In this document: one piece after another, positions 1 through 11,771 of the stretch
Layout: the number at the start of each line of letters is the position of its first letter
Numbering within the stretch: the first letter of the stretch is position 1
Assembly (NCBI GenBank): GCA_964016885.1
Contig: OZ024744.1
Span: 38,750,001-38,814,000 of the forward strand
DNA length: 64,000 nucleotides
Direction of reading: 5' to 3'
Origin: Eledone cirrhosa
Lineage: Eukaryota
Position numbers and translations under genes: made by a program
Notes under the pieces: model-generated
What the model was told of the DNA's origin: nothing
Databases searched by the model: none
What the model saw: the letters and a program-made list of their open reading frames with translations, nothing else

Positions 1-1532
1 GTGACAAAAACTGGACACCGAGCAATCTGCAAGGCAGCGGAAAAATTTTTCGAAACCCAACAGCACTGTACGATCACGTATCGTACAGTAAGTACAAAAT
101 CCCGTAGGGTTGAAAGAGCCACAGAGGTTCAAATAAAAAAAGCCTTGGGTTCTGTGTGGCAGCGGAAAACGCACATCACCCGAGGCAAGAAATATGCCAC
201 CGTAGACGTACTTTTTGCCACACCCCAGGAGGCAAAGGCTCAATCCTTAGTGACCCTAAGGAGCGAGGAAATGGGGTTGGTGCCCTCCTACTGCGGGCAA
301 AAAATTGTGAGGGTCAAACTGACCCACGTCCCGTCCCCCCCCGGGATGGCCCCTTCTTGGCTGGCCGCGTCTGTCCTCGTCGGAATCGAGGACAAAACAC
401 TGTACTGCAAGCACAGAAAAAAGTAAGAGAAGATTGGGTCGGCACCTCCATTGAGATGTTAATCCAAACCAACCAGGAGTGCATCGAAGCTATCCCGGAT
501 GTGATAGACTTCGATAACGGCACTCAACTGCCCATAAGTGTTGAGGGCAAACGCCCGAAATGCTTTCGCTGTGGATCGAAGACTCACCTCAGGGCCTTCG
601 GCAACGAGAAGACCCTGAGAAGGGAGAAACCCCCCCCCCCTCCTTCCGAAACCGGCTCCACGGCTACCAGCAACAGGACAAGCGGCAACCAGGAACGATA
701 GGTCCGTGGCACCCATACCCACGCCACGGAAATCAAAAACAGCAGCAGCAGTGGAAGTATTAACAACAACAACAGCAATAACAAATGCATCTGCAACAGA
801 GACTCCAGTGCAAACATCACCAACAACAACAAGTGAAAGAGGGGAGCTGGTACACCTCCCCGACCTCACAGAATCAGACATGGAGTGTGAGGTGGGAGAG
901 GGATGGCAAAAGGTCGTAAGAAGGCACAAACGCAGAAGCAGCGCACCGTGGCCTTTGAAAAGGGAGGAAAGAAATGAAAAAAGGGTAAAGGCTACTGCAA
1001 AGAGACTCACAGCAGCAACACCACCAACACCATTACCACCCACACTAGCACCACCATTACCACCGGCGACAACCCCACCGCCAACAACACCTTCAACACC
1101 ACCACCACAAGCACCAACATCGCAAACACAACAACAAAACACACACACCCAGCAACAACGACAAGAAAATAGCAGAACCACACCCCACCCCCAGAAAAAC
1201 AAATGCACGGCAATAAGAAACTAATGACTTACATAATTGAACACACAGACATTTCACAACACGACTACATAATACCAGCACCAATCAAAACGCCAACTAA
1301 CATAAGACTGCTAAAAATAGCACAGAAGCAATACACAAACATTAAAACGAAATTCCCCAACGCAGTTGGTGATTTCAGAGACCTAGGAGGAACTATCAAC
1401 CGAAGAGTATATTCGGACATACTCATAGAAGAGCCGACGACCAGCCGAAGGGACGATTCAACGGTCCCTTCACCAGACGATCAAGTGAAAAGGGATGGAA
1501 AAACCATCCGTCCTCTACGAAAAGTACGGTAA
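1..1532 (+). pseudogene. Tx1 copy 1 ORF1 (gag-like, zinc knuckle, Pro/Thr linker), frameshifted
   Basis: ORFs 1-426, 156-701 (3' half), 706-1224 and 1203-1532 align in series with ORF1 of copy 3 (CTITYRT..RRVE/CTVSYRT..RRVE; LVPSYCGQ in both). Confidence 0.85.
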
Positions 1533-1567
1533 GTGGTCTTTCCCATCTTTTCCACTCTATTTTAAAC

Positions 1568-4500
1568 ATGACCTCACTCAGAATAGGCAGCTTAAATGCG
1601 CGTGGCTTGGGGTCGTCATAGAAGCAGGGCCACCTGCTCAACGACATCAGATCACTAAACATAGATGTAGTGGCCATCACCGAGACCAGAATCTCCGAAG
1701 CACGGGCCTTCGCACCGATCTTCGGCGGCTACAATGTATACGCATCTCCCAGGCATCCTGGATCGGGGGTAGGAGTTGCTGTGCTTTTTCGGAGAGGTTT
1801 GGATCTCGCCATACGGGCCATCTTCCTGGACCCAGAAGGTAAGTTGGTGGTGCTGGACGTGACCAGCGGAGACGGGCAAGCTTTCAAGCTAGTGGCCGTC
1901 TATGCCCCGACAGGAGCAGGGCGGCCTGATTTCTCCCGGCGTCTGGAGACCTTTCTTGAAACGTCCCGCTCTTTAGTGTTAGTGGGCGACTGGAACGGGA
2001 TCTTAGATGCACGCTGGGACTGTGTGGGATTAGCGGATAGGGGTGGAGGGTGCAAGAGTCTCACCAACCTGCTCAGGCGTTTTGAACTGTCTGACAGGTA
2101 CCGATTGGATTTCCCGAATGTGCCAATGTGGACTTGGACAAATCGCATAGGGTCATCCAGATCATATCTAGATAGAGTATTTTGTAGGGAAATAGATAGG
2201 TCTAGCATAGGCTGTCCACAATTCAAGATAGTCAGCTACACGGACCACAAATTCGTGATCTGTGTGCTTGACTTAGATAGGCTTCATAGACGAGGACCCG
2301 GCTACTGGAAGCTAAACGCGTCCTTACCAGCGCGCAAGGCCTGCAGAGACCGGATTAGCGAACTAGTTAAGCGGGCGTTGACGGGGGCCATCATCAACAA
2401 CAAGTGGTGGTTTGCTCTGAAAAGAGCAATTAGAATAGAGTCCATTGGGTTTAGTAAGTATTTAGCAATAGAGAAACATAGATCAGAGGGGGAATTAGTT
2501 AGAAAATTTGACGAGGCGCTTAGCAAAGGCATCGCGACCGACGAACTTGCGGCGAAATTGGCCTTTGACCAATTCTTCAATGCAAAGCACGAAGGCTGCG
2601 TTGTCAGAGCTAGGCTGCGTGCTCTCAGACACGAGGGGACGAAAGCCGTTCAATGTGCCCGAGTGGCGGAGGCGGGTCGTGGCAACAAAGCCACGATCCG
2701 GTCTTTGGAGGACCACGAGGTCGCATGCTACTCGATCCCGGGCAAATGTGTGAAGCTTTTCAGCGACACTTCGCTCAGCTGTTCGGGGGCAGCGGTGAGC
2801 CGGGTCGAGGGATGAACTTTAGTGTCTACCTCGACGGACTGCCGTGGCTCTCGGCCACTGAGGCGGAGTGTTGCGAAAAGCCGATAAGAGCCGCTGAAGT
2901 ACGGGAGGCAATGACTGGCTGCACAAGGGGTAAATCTTGATGGTCCGCATGACCATCGGAGCGTGTCCCTTCCACAAAAAGCGAAAGAGTAAACGCTCCA
3001 GCGCAGTCAGGCGGGGCTTAGGACAAGGTACGACGGTCTGGCGGTAGTAGATGACGGGCGCGATGTACACGTCAGCCACCTCCGCTCGACCTTTCAGGGA
3101 TAGCTTCCTCTCCGCCCATTTCTGGCTGAGAGAAGCCACTCTGCTCGTAAATGAACTTTATGTACAGATGTCAGACTTGTTCGGAGGCCTCTTGGCGGAC
3201 GTCTACTGCAACTGGCAACCGAACGGGAGAATTCCCAGCTCTGTGAGCCGAGGAGCTGTGGGGCTGCTGAGAAAGGATCCGAGCAATAGGGATAACATAG
3301 ATAATTTCAGGCCCATAACTCTGCTAAACACAGAGTTCAAGATTTTGGCCACGGTGCTAGCAAAGAGGTTGGCGCTTGCCTTTGGTGGTCTGGTGGGAGA
3401 GGCGCAGACATGCGCCATTCCCGACAGATCCATCCACGACAACCTCCACCTCATACGATACATCGTAGAGAGGGTAGCTAGGGAACCTGGCACGGGTGGG
3501 TCCTTGATCAATTTAGATCAGTCGAAAGCTTTCGATAGGGTCGACCATCGTTACCTAGCGGCAGTCCTGAGGGCGGCTGGCTTTGAGCCCGTCTTCAGAG
3601 GCTGAGTCGGTGCCATGCACAGCGACATCTGCTCTGTAGTGAGAGTGAACGGTCACCTTTCGGAACCGTTCAACATCATGCGCTCGGTCCGCCAAGGATG
3701 TCCCCTCTCATCCCTCTTGTACGTATTGACTCTCGAGTCATTACTGCACAAACTGGAGACTTTGAGGGGGTTCCCGCGCGAACTAGGATGCGGAAGATCC
3801 GTGTCAGCATATGCGGACGATGTCACCGTAGTGGTGTCGAACGCCAAACACATCGAGGCGATCGGCACTACACTAAGAGAATATGAAGCGGTGACAGGAG
3901 CAATGATCAACCAGGAAAAGTCAGTGGGCCTGTAGCTCGGCACCTGGAGAGGCAGGTCCATGCCGTCTAACAGCGTCGTCGGGCGCTGGACGGACGGACC
4001 GGTTAAATTACTAAGGGTCTGGTTCGGTCCAGACCTCCAGACGGACAAAAACTGGGACGAGGTGACGAGCAGAGTGGCTTCTCTCAGCCAGAAATGGGCG
4101 GAGAGGAAGCTATCCCTGAAAGGTCGAGCGGAGGTGGCTGACGTGTACATCGCGCCCGTCATCTACTACCGCCAGACCGTCGTACCTTGTCCTAAGCCCC
4201 GCCTAACTGCGCTGGAGCGTTTACTCTTTCGCTTTTTGTGGAAGGGACACGCTCCGATGGTTATGCGGACCATCTGCTGTCAACACCCGCTACGTTGAGG
4301 ACTGGGCATGCTGTGGCTGATGATGCGCCGACACGCGCTCAGGCTACGACATCTCCACGTCTTCTTCGACGGTGATCAGGTGTGGTCGCCGTTTGCTAGA
4401 CACGTATTTCCACAGCTCGTCTCCTTGACGGAGCTGCATTCCTGGGTCAAGCGAAGACCGAGAGGGAGCGCTTGGAGACTGGAATGTCTTCAGGCGCTCA

Positions 4501-5176
4501 CAGCCCTCGACCAATCGGGCAATGTGATCGGTGGAAACTCGACCTCGGCGTTCTATAGAGGATTAATGGAGGGGAAGAGCGACGACGTACTTGGGGAAAC
4601 TCTAGGCGTCGACGAAAATCAACTAGCCAATCTCTTCGGAGGGACTTTCGGGCCGGGCCTATGGACAACTTCCAGAAATCTCTTGCTTGGCAGTGCTACC
4701 GAGGAGCTTTGCCAGTTCGGGATAAACTCTACAGGCATGGAGGTGCCGTCAACCGGGCATGTCCGAGATGCGCGCAGGGCGACGAAACTGTCCTGCACGC
4801 ACTCGTCCAGTGTCCGAGCATTTCTGACTTGTGGGTTTATATCGAACACCTGCTGTCACGTGTAGGACGGATCCAGCTATCAGCTGTGTCCATCGTGAGG
4901 ATTTCCCCGCCCTCTTCCTTTAGCCTGGTAGGGCAGGCAGTTTTTATCTGTCTGGTGGCCATGGCGAAAGAGATAGTATGGTGGACACGTTTGAAAGGGC
5001 TGAAGACGAGCACTTACCTCTTCGGTGATGCCCTGATTAACTTTTTCAAATTTCAATTGAAAAGGAAAATCAGTGTAGAGAGGGAAGTGCTCTCTTCCCA
5101 GCATTTTGTTGAAAGATGGGTGAGAGAAGCAAGTATGGCCCGAGTGAATGGGCCTACTCTGAGTATGTGTCTGTAA
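1568..5176 (+). pseudogene. Tx1 copy 1 ORF2 (APE endonuclease-reverse transcriptase-zf), disrupted
   Basis: ATG at 1568 (MTSLRIGS) as in copy 3; premature stops near 1620, 3603, 3933 and 4296, frameshifts, and an inverted insertion at 2939-3148. Confidence 0.92.
2939..3148 (-). repeat. Inverted duplicate of 4065-4274 inserted in ORF2
   Basis: Reverse complement reproduces 4065-4274; the ORF track shows the same peptide (ASLSQKWAERKLSLKGRAEVADVY...) on both strands. Confidence 0.95.
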
Positions 5177-5407
5177 ATTAACGTGGAAAACTGGGAGAGG
5201 GCACTTGCCCTGGTGGTCAGGGTCACTGTGGCCTTTTAATGGGCTTTCTCCACAAATGTGCCTCGGAAGTCTCCCCCCTATTGGGGAATTTTTCATTGTT
5301 ATTTTTATTACATCCTCTGTTTTTTTACACGCAGAAATGCCCATTTGTACCGCCCTGTATTGTCCTGTACTGTCCTTAATGTCTACTTTATATAAACCCT
5401 TGTGGTT

Positions 5408-5549
5408 AGACGCATAGAGTTACGGTCTTTGCCATTCTGAGTTCAAATCCCGCCGAGGTTAACTTTGCCTTTCATCCTTCCGGGGTCGATAAAATAAAGT
5501 ACCAGTAATGCACTGGGTAATTGCTGGCCTTGTGCCAAAAGTAGAAACA

Positions 5550-5550
<1 letters not shown>
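5408..5550 (+). mobile_element. 5'-truncated tRNA-type SINE with (TTA)n tail
   Basis: B-box-like GAGTTCAAATCCCGCC, core GCCTTTCATCCTT.CGGGGTCGATAAAATAAAGTACCAGT, end GTGCCAAAAGTAGAAACAATTATT; about 10 copies in window. Confidence 0.85.

Positions 5551-5585
<35 letters not shown>
5550..5585. repeat. (TTA)n microsatellite between SINE tail and Tx1 copy 2
   Basis: Direct reading. Confidence 0.98.
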
Positions 5586-5586
<1 letters not shown>

Positions 5587-5808
5587 CGCACATGTGTGAA
5601 GACAGATAAGTCTGCGGGGGAAAAGGTTCGTAGCTTTAAGCTGTTTTAAAGTGTCTTTTTTTTGTATTTTCTTGTCATTAACGAAACTTAAGGTATACAT
5701 CTTGATTTAAAGAGAGGGATACCTCTCAATATTCGGGCTTTAAGCCCGAATATTCAGATTTATTTTTAAAATCTTCGAAAAAAATCGCTTCCCCACCAAA
5801 AGAAAATT

Positions 5809-7799
5809 ATGGAAATTTTCGACCTTGAAACGGTAAACAACGTTCAGGTCAAAAGTTTAAAGGCAGCCACTGCAGATTTCACCACGACTACGACGGCTAC
5901 AGTCATGCCTGTCATCCACTCTACTGAATGTGAAGGCAAAACTAAAAAGCTACCATCACAACCTTCTGGCATAGCAACAGTATCATCTGAAAACGACATC
6001 ACCACCACCGCCACCACCACCACCACCACAACAACAACAACTCAGAGCAATAACGACAAAAACACCGACAGCTTCAATGTAAACAAGGATGGCGGTGGCA
6101 ACAGCAAGAATGACAACAACAACAATAAGAGCATCAGAAACACCACATTTGCTGCAGCAGCAGCAGCAAAAACAAAGCGCTTATTGAATATCGATATTGA
6201 TATTAGCGATAAAGACGAACAGTTGGCCAAAGCGTGGAGGCTAATTAAACGGGAGAAGTCCTGGGCAAACCTGACCATCCCGGACGAGGCAATAGCGGCC
6301 ATGCAAAGGAGGACGGTGCTCTTTCGATGTATTTCGGTGCAGACACGAAAAGTGGAACTTGCGAGCCAAGCAGAGGTAGAGGCTGCTTTGGAGTACATCG
6401 GAAGTAACATAGAGTACAAAGCAAGAGGCAAACAGTTCGGTACCATCTCGGTACTGTTCAAATCCGAGGCCCTCGCTATTAAGCACTCGGTGATCCCCTG
6501 CAGAACGGAACGCATTATCATGCATCCGTCCTATATGGGTAAAAGGACAGTGAAGGTACGCATTCCCAGCATCCCACCAGGAATGAACATATGGTGGCTG
6601 CTGGGATGCGTAATCGAGGAGGGATTCAGACACCACCCTCCTGGACATCAAAAGGACAGAGAGAGAAGACTGGTCCGGAATGGATTTGGAGATTCTTCTC
6701 CAAATGAAACCGGAGGATATAAATAACATCCCAGATTTTGCCCGCCTGCAGGACGGGACAACAATCCAACTAATGATTGACGCTGCTTCGTTTGCGGGGG
6801 AGCCACGCATCTTCAAGCCTTCTGCCCTCAGCGCAAAAATGCAGGGGGTCGCAAACCTCCTTTGTTGCCAACGCCAGTGACAGCACGGAAAGCTGCACCA
6901 CCACCACCAAAAACAACATCAACAAAAACACGGACACCAACATCAAAAGCAGCCGGATCACCACCAACACCAAAACCAATCCAAGGAGAAAACGAGGAAA
7001 GCTCTCCCACTCCCCCTACCCCCCCCCCCCCCCAACTATATACATAGACAAACAAATAAATAAACGCACACACAGACACAGAGACACTCACAGACACAGA
7101 CCCTTTGTCTTCCAGTAGCGAAGATGAAGGAAAACCCAAAAGTGCAAAAAAAACAGAGAAAACTCACAAAAAAAAAAGCCCCTACAAAACATAAAAACAC
7201 ACACAACAAAAAATACAGACACCACTAACGCAGACACTTCCCCAATAACATCAGCACCATCAGCAACATCGACACCACCTCCACAATCCCCGAAACGCAA
7301 ACAACCTAAACAAACACAAGTACAAATAAACACACAAATACCTGAAATTGCAGACACCACACCTACAACAAACATAGACATACCCGAAACAACACCACCA
7401 AAACCATCGCCACCACCTTCACCAAAACGAAAACAAATAAAACCACACCAACAAAATGTTAAAAACTTCGTGCTTGTCAGAAGGGCCAACGATAAACTGA
7501 TGGCCCTCTTAGCGCGAAGCGAGGACATTCAAACAGAGGGGGAGATTTTTGAAATGAGCACATTTTGCGTGCCAGAAGATTTGCTTCTGGTCCGAATGTC
7601 ACTCAATTCCTTCAAAGAAATTCGAGAGAGCTTTCCTCAAGACGTGGGAAACCCGAATGTGAAACCCACATCAAGACTTTTAAAGGGGTTCCCAAAAGAA
7701 ACCCCACCAACCATGGAGATCGAACCACCCGACCTTCACAAGACCCGGGAGGTAAGTAAACCTTCCCTCTCTCTTAGCTTACCAATATGGCCATATTAA
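5809..7799 (+). pseudogene. Tx1 copy 2 ORF1, frameshifted
   Basis: ORF 5809-6726 (RRTVLFRCIS..PSYMGKRTVKVRI), CX2CX4HX4C near 6784-6825, Pro/Thr/Lys linker, C-terminal ORF 7470-7799 overlapping the ORF2 start. Confidence 0.85.
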
Positions 7800-10700
7800 G
7801 AGTAGGAAGTTTAAATGTTCGCGGCCTGGGGTCACCCTGGAAGCAGGGTCGCCTGCTCAACGACCTCCGGTCGCTGGAAATGGATGTGATTGCCGTAAGC
7901 GAGACCAGAATTTCCGACACGCGTGCACTAGCCCCCATTTTCGACGACTATCAGATCTTCGCATCTGTTAGCAGGCCGGGAATGGGGGGTGGGGTGGCAG
8001 TGCTGTTTAGGAAAGGACTGGATCTCGAGGTAAGGTCGATCTGCCGGGACCCGGACGGTAAGTTGGTGGTCTTGGATGTGAGCAGTAGCGAAGGTGGTGC
8101 CTTTAGACTGCTGGCCGCCTACGCCCCTACAGGGGCCGGACGACCTGACTTCTTTAGGCGCCTGGAGACCTTTCTGGGTACGTCTCGCCCTTTACTGTTA
8201 GCGGGGGACTGGAATGGCATCTTAGACGCACGCTGGGATTGTGTGGGAGTAGCCGATAGGAGCGGGGGGTGCAAAAGCCTCAAGCACCTACTCAGCCAGT
8301 TCCAACTGTCTGACAGGTATCGACTAGATTTCCCCAATGTGCCAGTATGGACATGGACCAACCGAATAGGGTCATCTAGATCGTATATAGACAGAATCTT
8401 CATTAGGAAAATAGATAGAAATAGTGTGGGCTGTCCACTTTTTAAAACGGTCACCTATTCAGATCACAAATTTGTGATCTGTACGGTCGACCTAAATAAA
8501 ACGCGGAGGTTAGGACCGGGTTACTGGAAGCTGAACATGTCATTTCCGGCACGTAAGGCTTACAGGGACTGAGTCAATAAGTTAGTTAAGCAAAAGTTGA
8601 CAGGGGGAATCATCAACAACAGATGGTGGGGGGCTCTCAAAAGAGAGATTAGAGTAACTTCGATAGAGTTCAGCAAAGAACTAGCGTTAGAGAAAAATAG
8701 AAAGGAGGGGGAGCTGGTAGATAAGTTAGACGAGGCTATTTGTAGTGGCATCGCAACTGACGTGCTAGTGGCGAGAATGGCATTAGACCATTTCTTCAAT
8801 GCCAAACACGAAGGTTGCATTGTCAGGGCTAAGGCGCGTGCGCTGAGAAACGAGGGAACTAAAGCTGTTCGATGGGCCCGCGTGGCGGAGGCGCATCGTG
8901 GTAATAAAACCACAATTCGGTCTTTGGCGGACCGAGACGGACACGGGATAAGCGATTCCAAGCGGATGTGTGAGGCCTTTCGCCAGCACTTTGCTCGGTT
9001 GTTCGGGGAGAGTGGCGAGTCAGAGAGAGTAGCGGATTTCAGTCCCTACCTTGACGGCTTGCCGCGCACCTCGACGGTCGACGCTGAGCGCTGCGAAAGG
9101 CCGATTACTTCAGCCGAAATTCAGGACGCCCTTGTCGGCTGCATGAGGCGCAAGTCACCCGGCTTGGGTGGCCTGCCCTACGAGCTTTACGTAAATATGC
9201 CAGACTTGTTCTCCGAACTCCTCGAAGCACTCTACTGTAACTGGCAGCAGAATGGGAGTATTCCCAGTTCTGTGAGCAGGGGAGTGGTGACGCTGATAAA
9301 GAAAGACGAGAACAAGAGGGATACATTAGACAACTTCAGGCCCATAACTCTGCTCAACACAGAGTTTAAGATTTTGGCCAAGGTGTTAGCAAAGAGATTG
9401 GCGCTTGTCGTCGAGGATTTGGTTGGGGAGGCGCAAACTTGCGCAATCCCAGCCAGGTCCATACACGACAATCTCCACCTCATGCGATACATCATAGAGA
9501 GGGTAGGGTGTAAACCTGGCTTCGGTGGGGCACTGATCAATTTAGATCAATCGAAAGCATTCGTATCTGGTATCTGGAGTTTGTCCTCAAAGCAGCTGGC
9601 TTCGGCCCTGTCTTTAGAAGCTGGATCGTTGCAATGCACAGCGGCACACGCTCGGTGGTCAAGGTTAATGGCCACCTCTCGGAACCATTTCGGCTCTCCC
9701 GATCGGTCCGTCAAGAGTGCCCTCTCTCTTCCCTTCTGTACGTATTGACTCTCGAGCCTTTACTGCGGAAGCTGGAGCTGTTGCAGGGCATCCCGCTCGA
9801 ACCGGGACGTGGAAAGGCGGTGTCGGCTTATGCGGACGACATCACCGTGATGGTGTCGAACACCTCAGAAATCGAGGTGGTAGGCACCTTATTGAAGGAA
9901 TATGAAAGGTTGACAGGAGCCAAACTTAACCCGGAAAAGTCGGTGGGCTTGCAGCTCGGAACCTGGAGAGGCAAGCCCATGCCGTCCAACAGCGTCGTGG
10001 GGCGCTGGACGGACGGACCAGTAAAGTTTCTCGGGGTTTGGTTCGGACCAGACCTCCAGGTGGAAAAGAATTGGGACGAGGTAACGAGCAGAGTAGCCAG
10101 TCTCACCCCAAAATGGGCTGGGAGGAAGCTATCACTGAAAGGTCGCGCGGAGGTGGCGAATGCGTACATCGCGTCCGTCATCTATTACCGCCTAACCGTC
10201 GTGCCTTGCCCCCGTCCGCGCCTCATCAAGTTGGAATGGCTCCTCTTCAAATTCTTGTGGAGGGGACAAGTTCCGTTGGTGAGACGGTCCATCTGCTGCC
10301 AGCACCCTCTACGCGGAGGGCTGGGCATGCCGTGGCTAATGATGCGCAGACATGCGTTGAGGCTGCGACATCTCCAGATATTCTGCCTCAATGGTGAACA
10401 GGTGTGGTCGCCTTTTATCAGACGGGCCTTTCCGCAGCTCATTTCTTTGACTGAGCTGCAGTCCTGGGTCAAGAAGAGACCGAGACTGGGTGACTGGCAC
10501 CTGGAATGTTGCCAGGCACTCACTGCCCTCTACCAAGAGGGCAATGAGATCAGTGGAACTTCCACTCTCGAGTTCTATAGAGGATTAGTGGTGGGCAAGT
10601 GCGATGACGCACTCGGAGAAGCTTTGGGCCTCGACGAAGTCGAACTGACCAGTCTGTACCGGAGGACTTTTGAGCCGGGGACGATGGACAATTTCCAGAA

Positions 10701-11199
10701 ATCCCTCGCTTGGCAGTGCTACCGGGGGGCACTGCCGGTTGGGGATAAACTCTACAGGCACGGAAGTGCTGTCAGACGGACCTGCCCAAGATGCGCACAG
10801 AACGACGAAACCGTTCTGCACGCACTTGTCCAATGTCCGTGCATTACTGACTTGTGGAGTTATGTCGAACAGCTACTGTCGCGTGTGGAACGAATCCAGT
10901 TATCGGCCGAGTCCATAGTGAAGATCGAGCCGCCACCTTCCTTAGGTCAGGAAGAGCAGGGCATTTTCCTCTGTCTGGTGGCAGTTGCGAAAGAGATTAT
11001 ATGGTGGACCAGGTTGAAAGGACTAAAGACAGACACTTTTCTCTTCGGCCAATCCCTCATCAACTTCTTCAAGTTTCACCTGGAAAGGAGGGTGAGGGTG
11101 GAGAGAGAAGTGCTGCCCCCCAGTACATTTGCTAAAAGGTGGGTGAATGTGGCGAGAATGGCTCGTGTGAATGGGCCTACTCTGACCATGCGCCTATAG
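7787..11199 (+). pseudogene. Tx1 copy 2 ORF2 (APE-RT-zf); one stop (8570) and one frameshifting deletion (~9563)
   Basis: ORFs 7787-8572, 8597-9748 and 9634-11199; motifs GSLNVRG, GDWN, SDH, YADD, CPRC..H..C. Confidence 0.93.
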
Positions 11200-11473
11200 G
11201 CTAGCTAACTTGAGGAGAGGGGTGCTCTCCTGGGTGCCCAAGAAGCGCAGGGTGGTTCAGGATTGGTGGGGTACCCGAATCACCCCAGGGTCGTCCACCC
11301 CCTATCGGGGAATTTATTTTGTTATATTTTGCATAGTTTATTTTATATTTTATATTTTCATTGTTAAATTAGTCTTGCCATTGTGCACTTTTACTCGACC
11401 TTATTGTAAACCCCCACTGTCCCTGTCTTTGTATTGTCCCCTACATGTCGGCCCTTGTGACTAATAAATGAAA

Positions 11474-11475
<2 letters not shown>

Positions 11476-11562
<87 letters not shown>
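11476..11562. repeat. (TTA)n tail of copy 2 abutting 5' end of copy 3
   Basis: Direct reading. Confidence 0.98.
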
Positions 11563-11771
11563 GGCGACCTACGTAGTAAATCGTATCATCGTGAGCTCCG
11601 CAAAGGTTTGTTATTTCCGTTTGTTAAAAATTGCCATTTATGGAAAATTTTTATTGTTAACCATATATAAGCGCACATACATTGTTTTCCGAAAAGGACA
11701 CCCAAAACGATTGGGGCCTTGTGCCCAAAATTTAAACTTTTATTATTATCAAAAAATTTCTTTGAAAGAAA

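Larger units (their letters stand above)
1..5407 (+). mobile_element. Tx1-clade non-LTR retrotransposon copy 1 (ORF2 family A); 5' end outside window
   Basis: ORF1 fragments with knuckle CFRCGSKTH; ORF2 with APE (SLNARG, ETR, GDWN, YLDR, TDH), RT (FRPITLLN, KAFDRV, QGCPLS, YADD) and C-terminal CPRC..ETVLH..C; 3' UTR matches 17208-17440. Confidence 0.92.
5586..11475 (+). mobile_element. Tx1-clade non-LTR retrotransposon copy 2 (family B), near full length
   Basis: 5' UTR, ORF1 with CFVCGGATHLQAFC knuckle, ORF2 APE-RT-zf, 3' UTR with AATAAA at 11463 followed by (TTA)n. Confidence 0.93.

Noticed and set aside
4065-4274. Hypermutation or editing signature in the inverted-repeat arm
   Set aside because: Hand count of about 17 differences in 210 nt versus copy 3 is close to about 13 in 207 nt at the ORF2 start, and the changes are not mainly A>G
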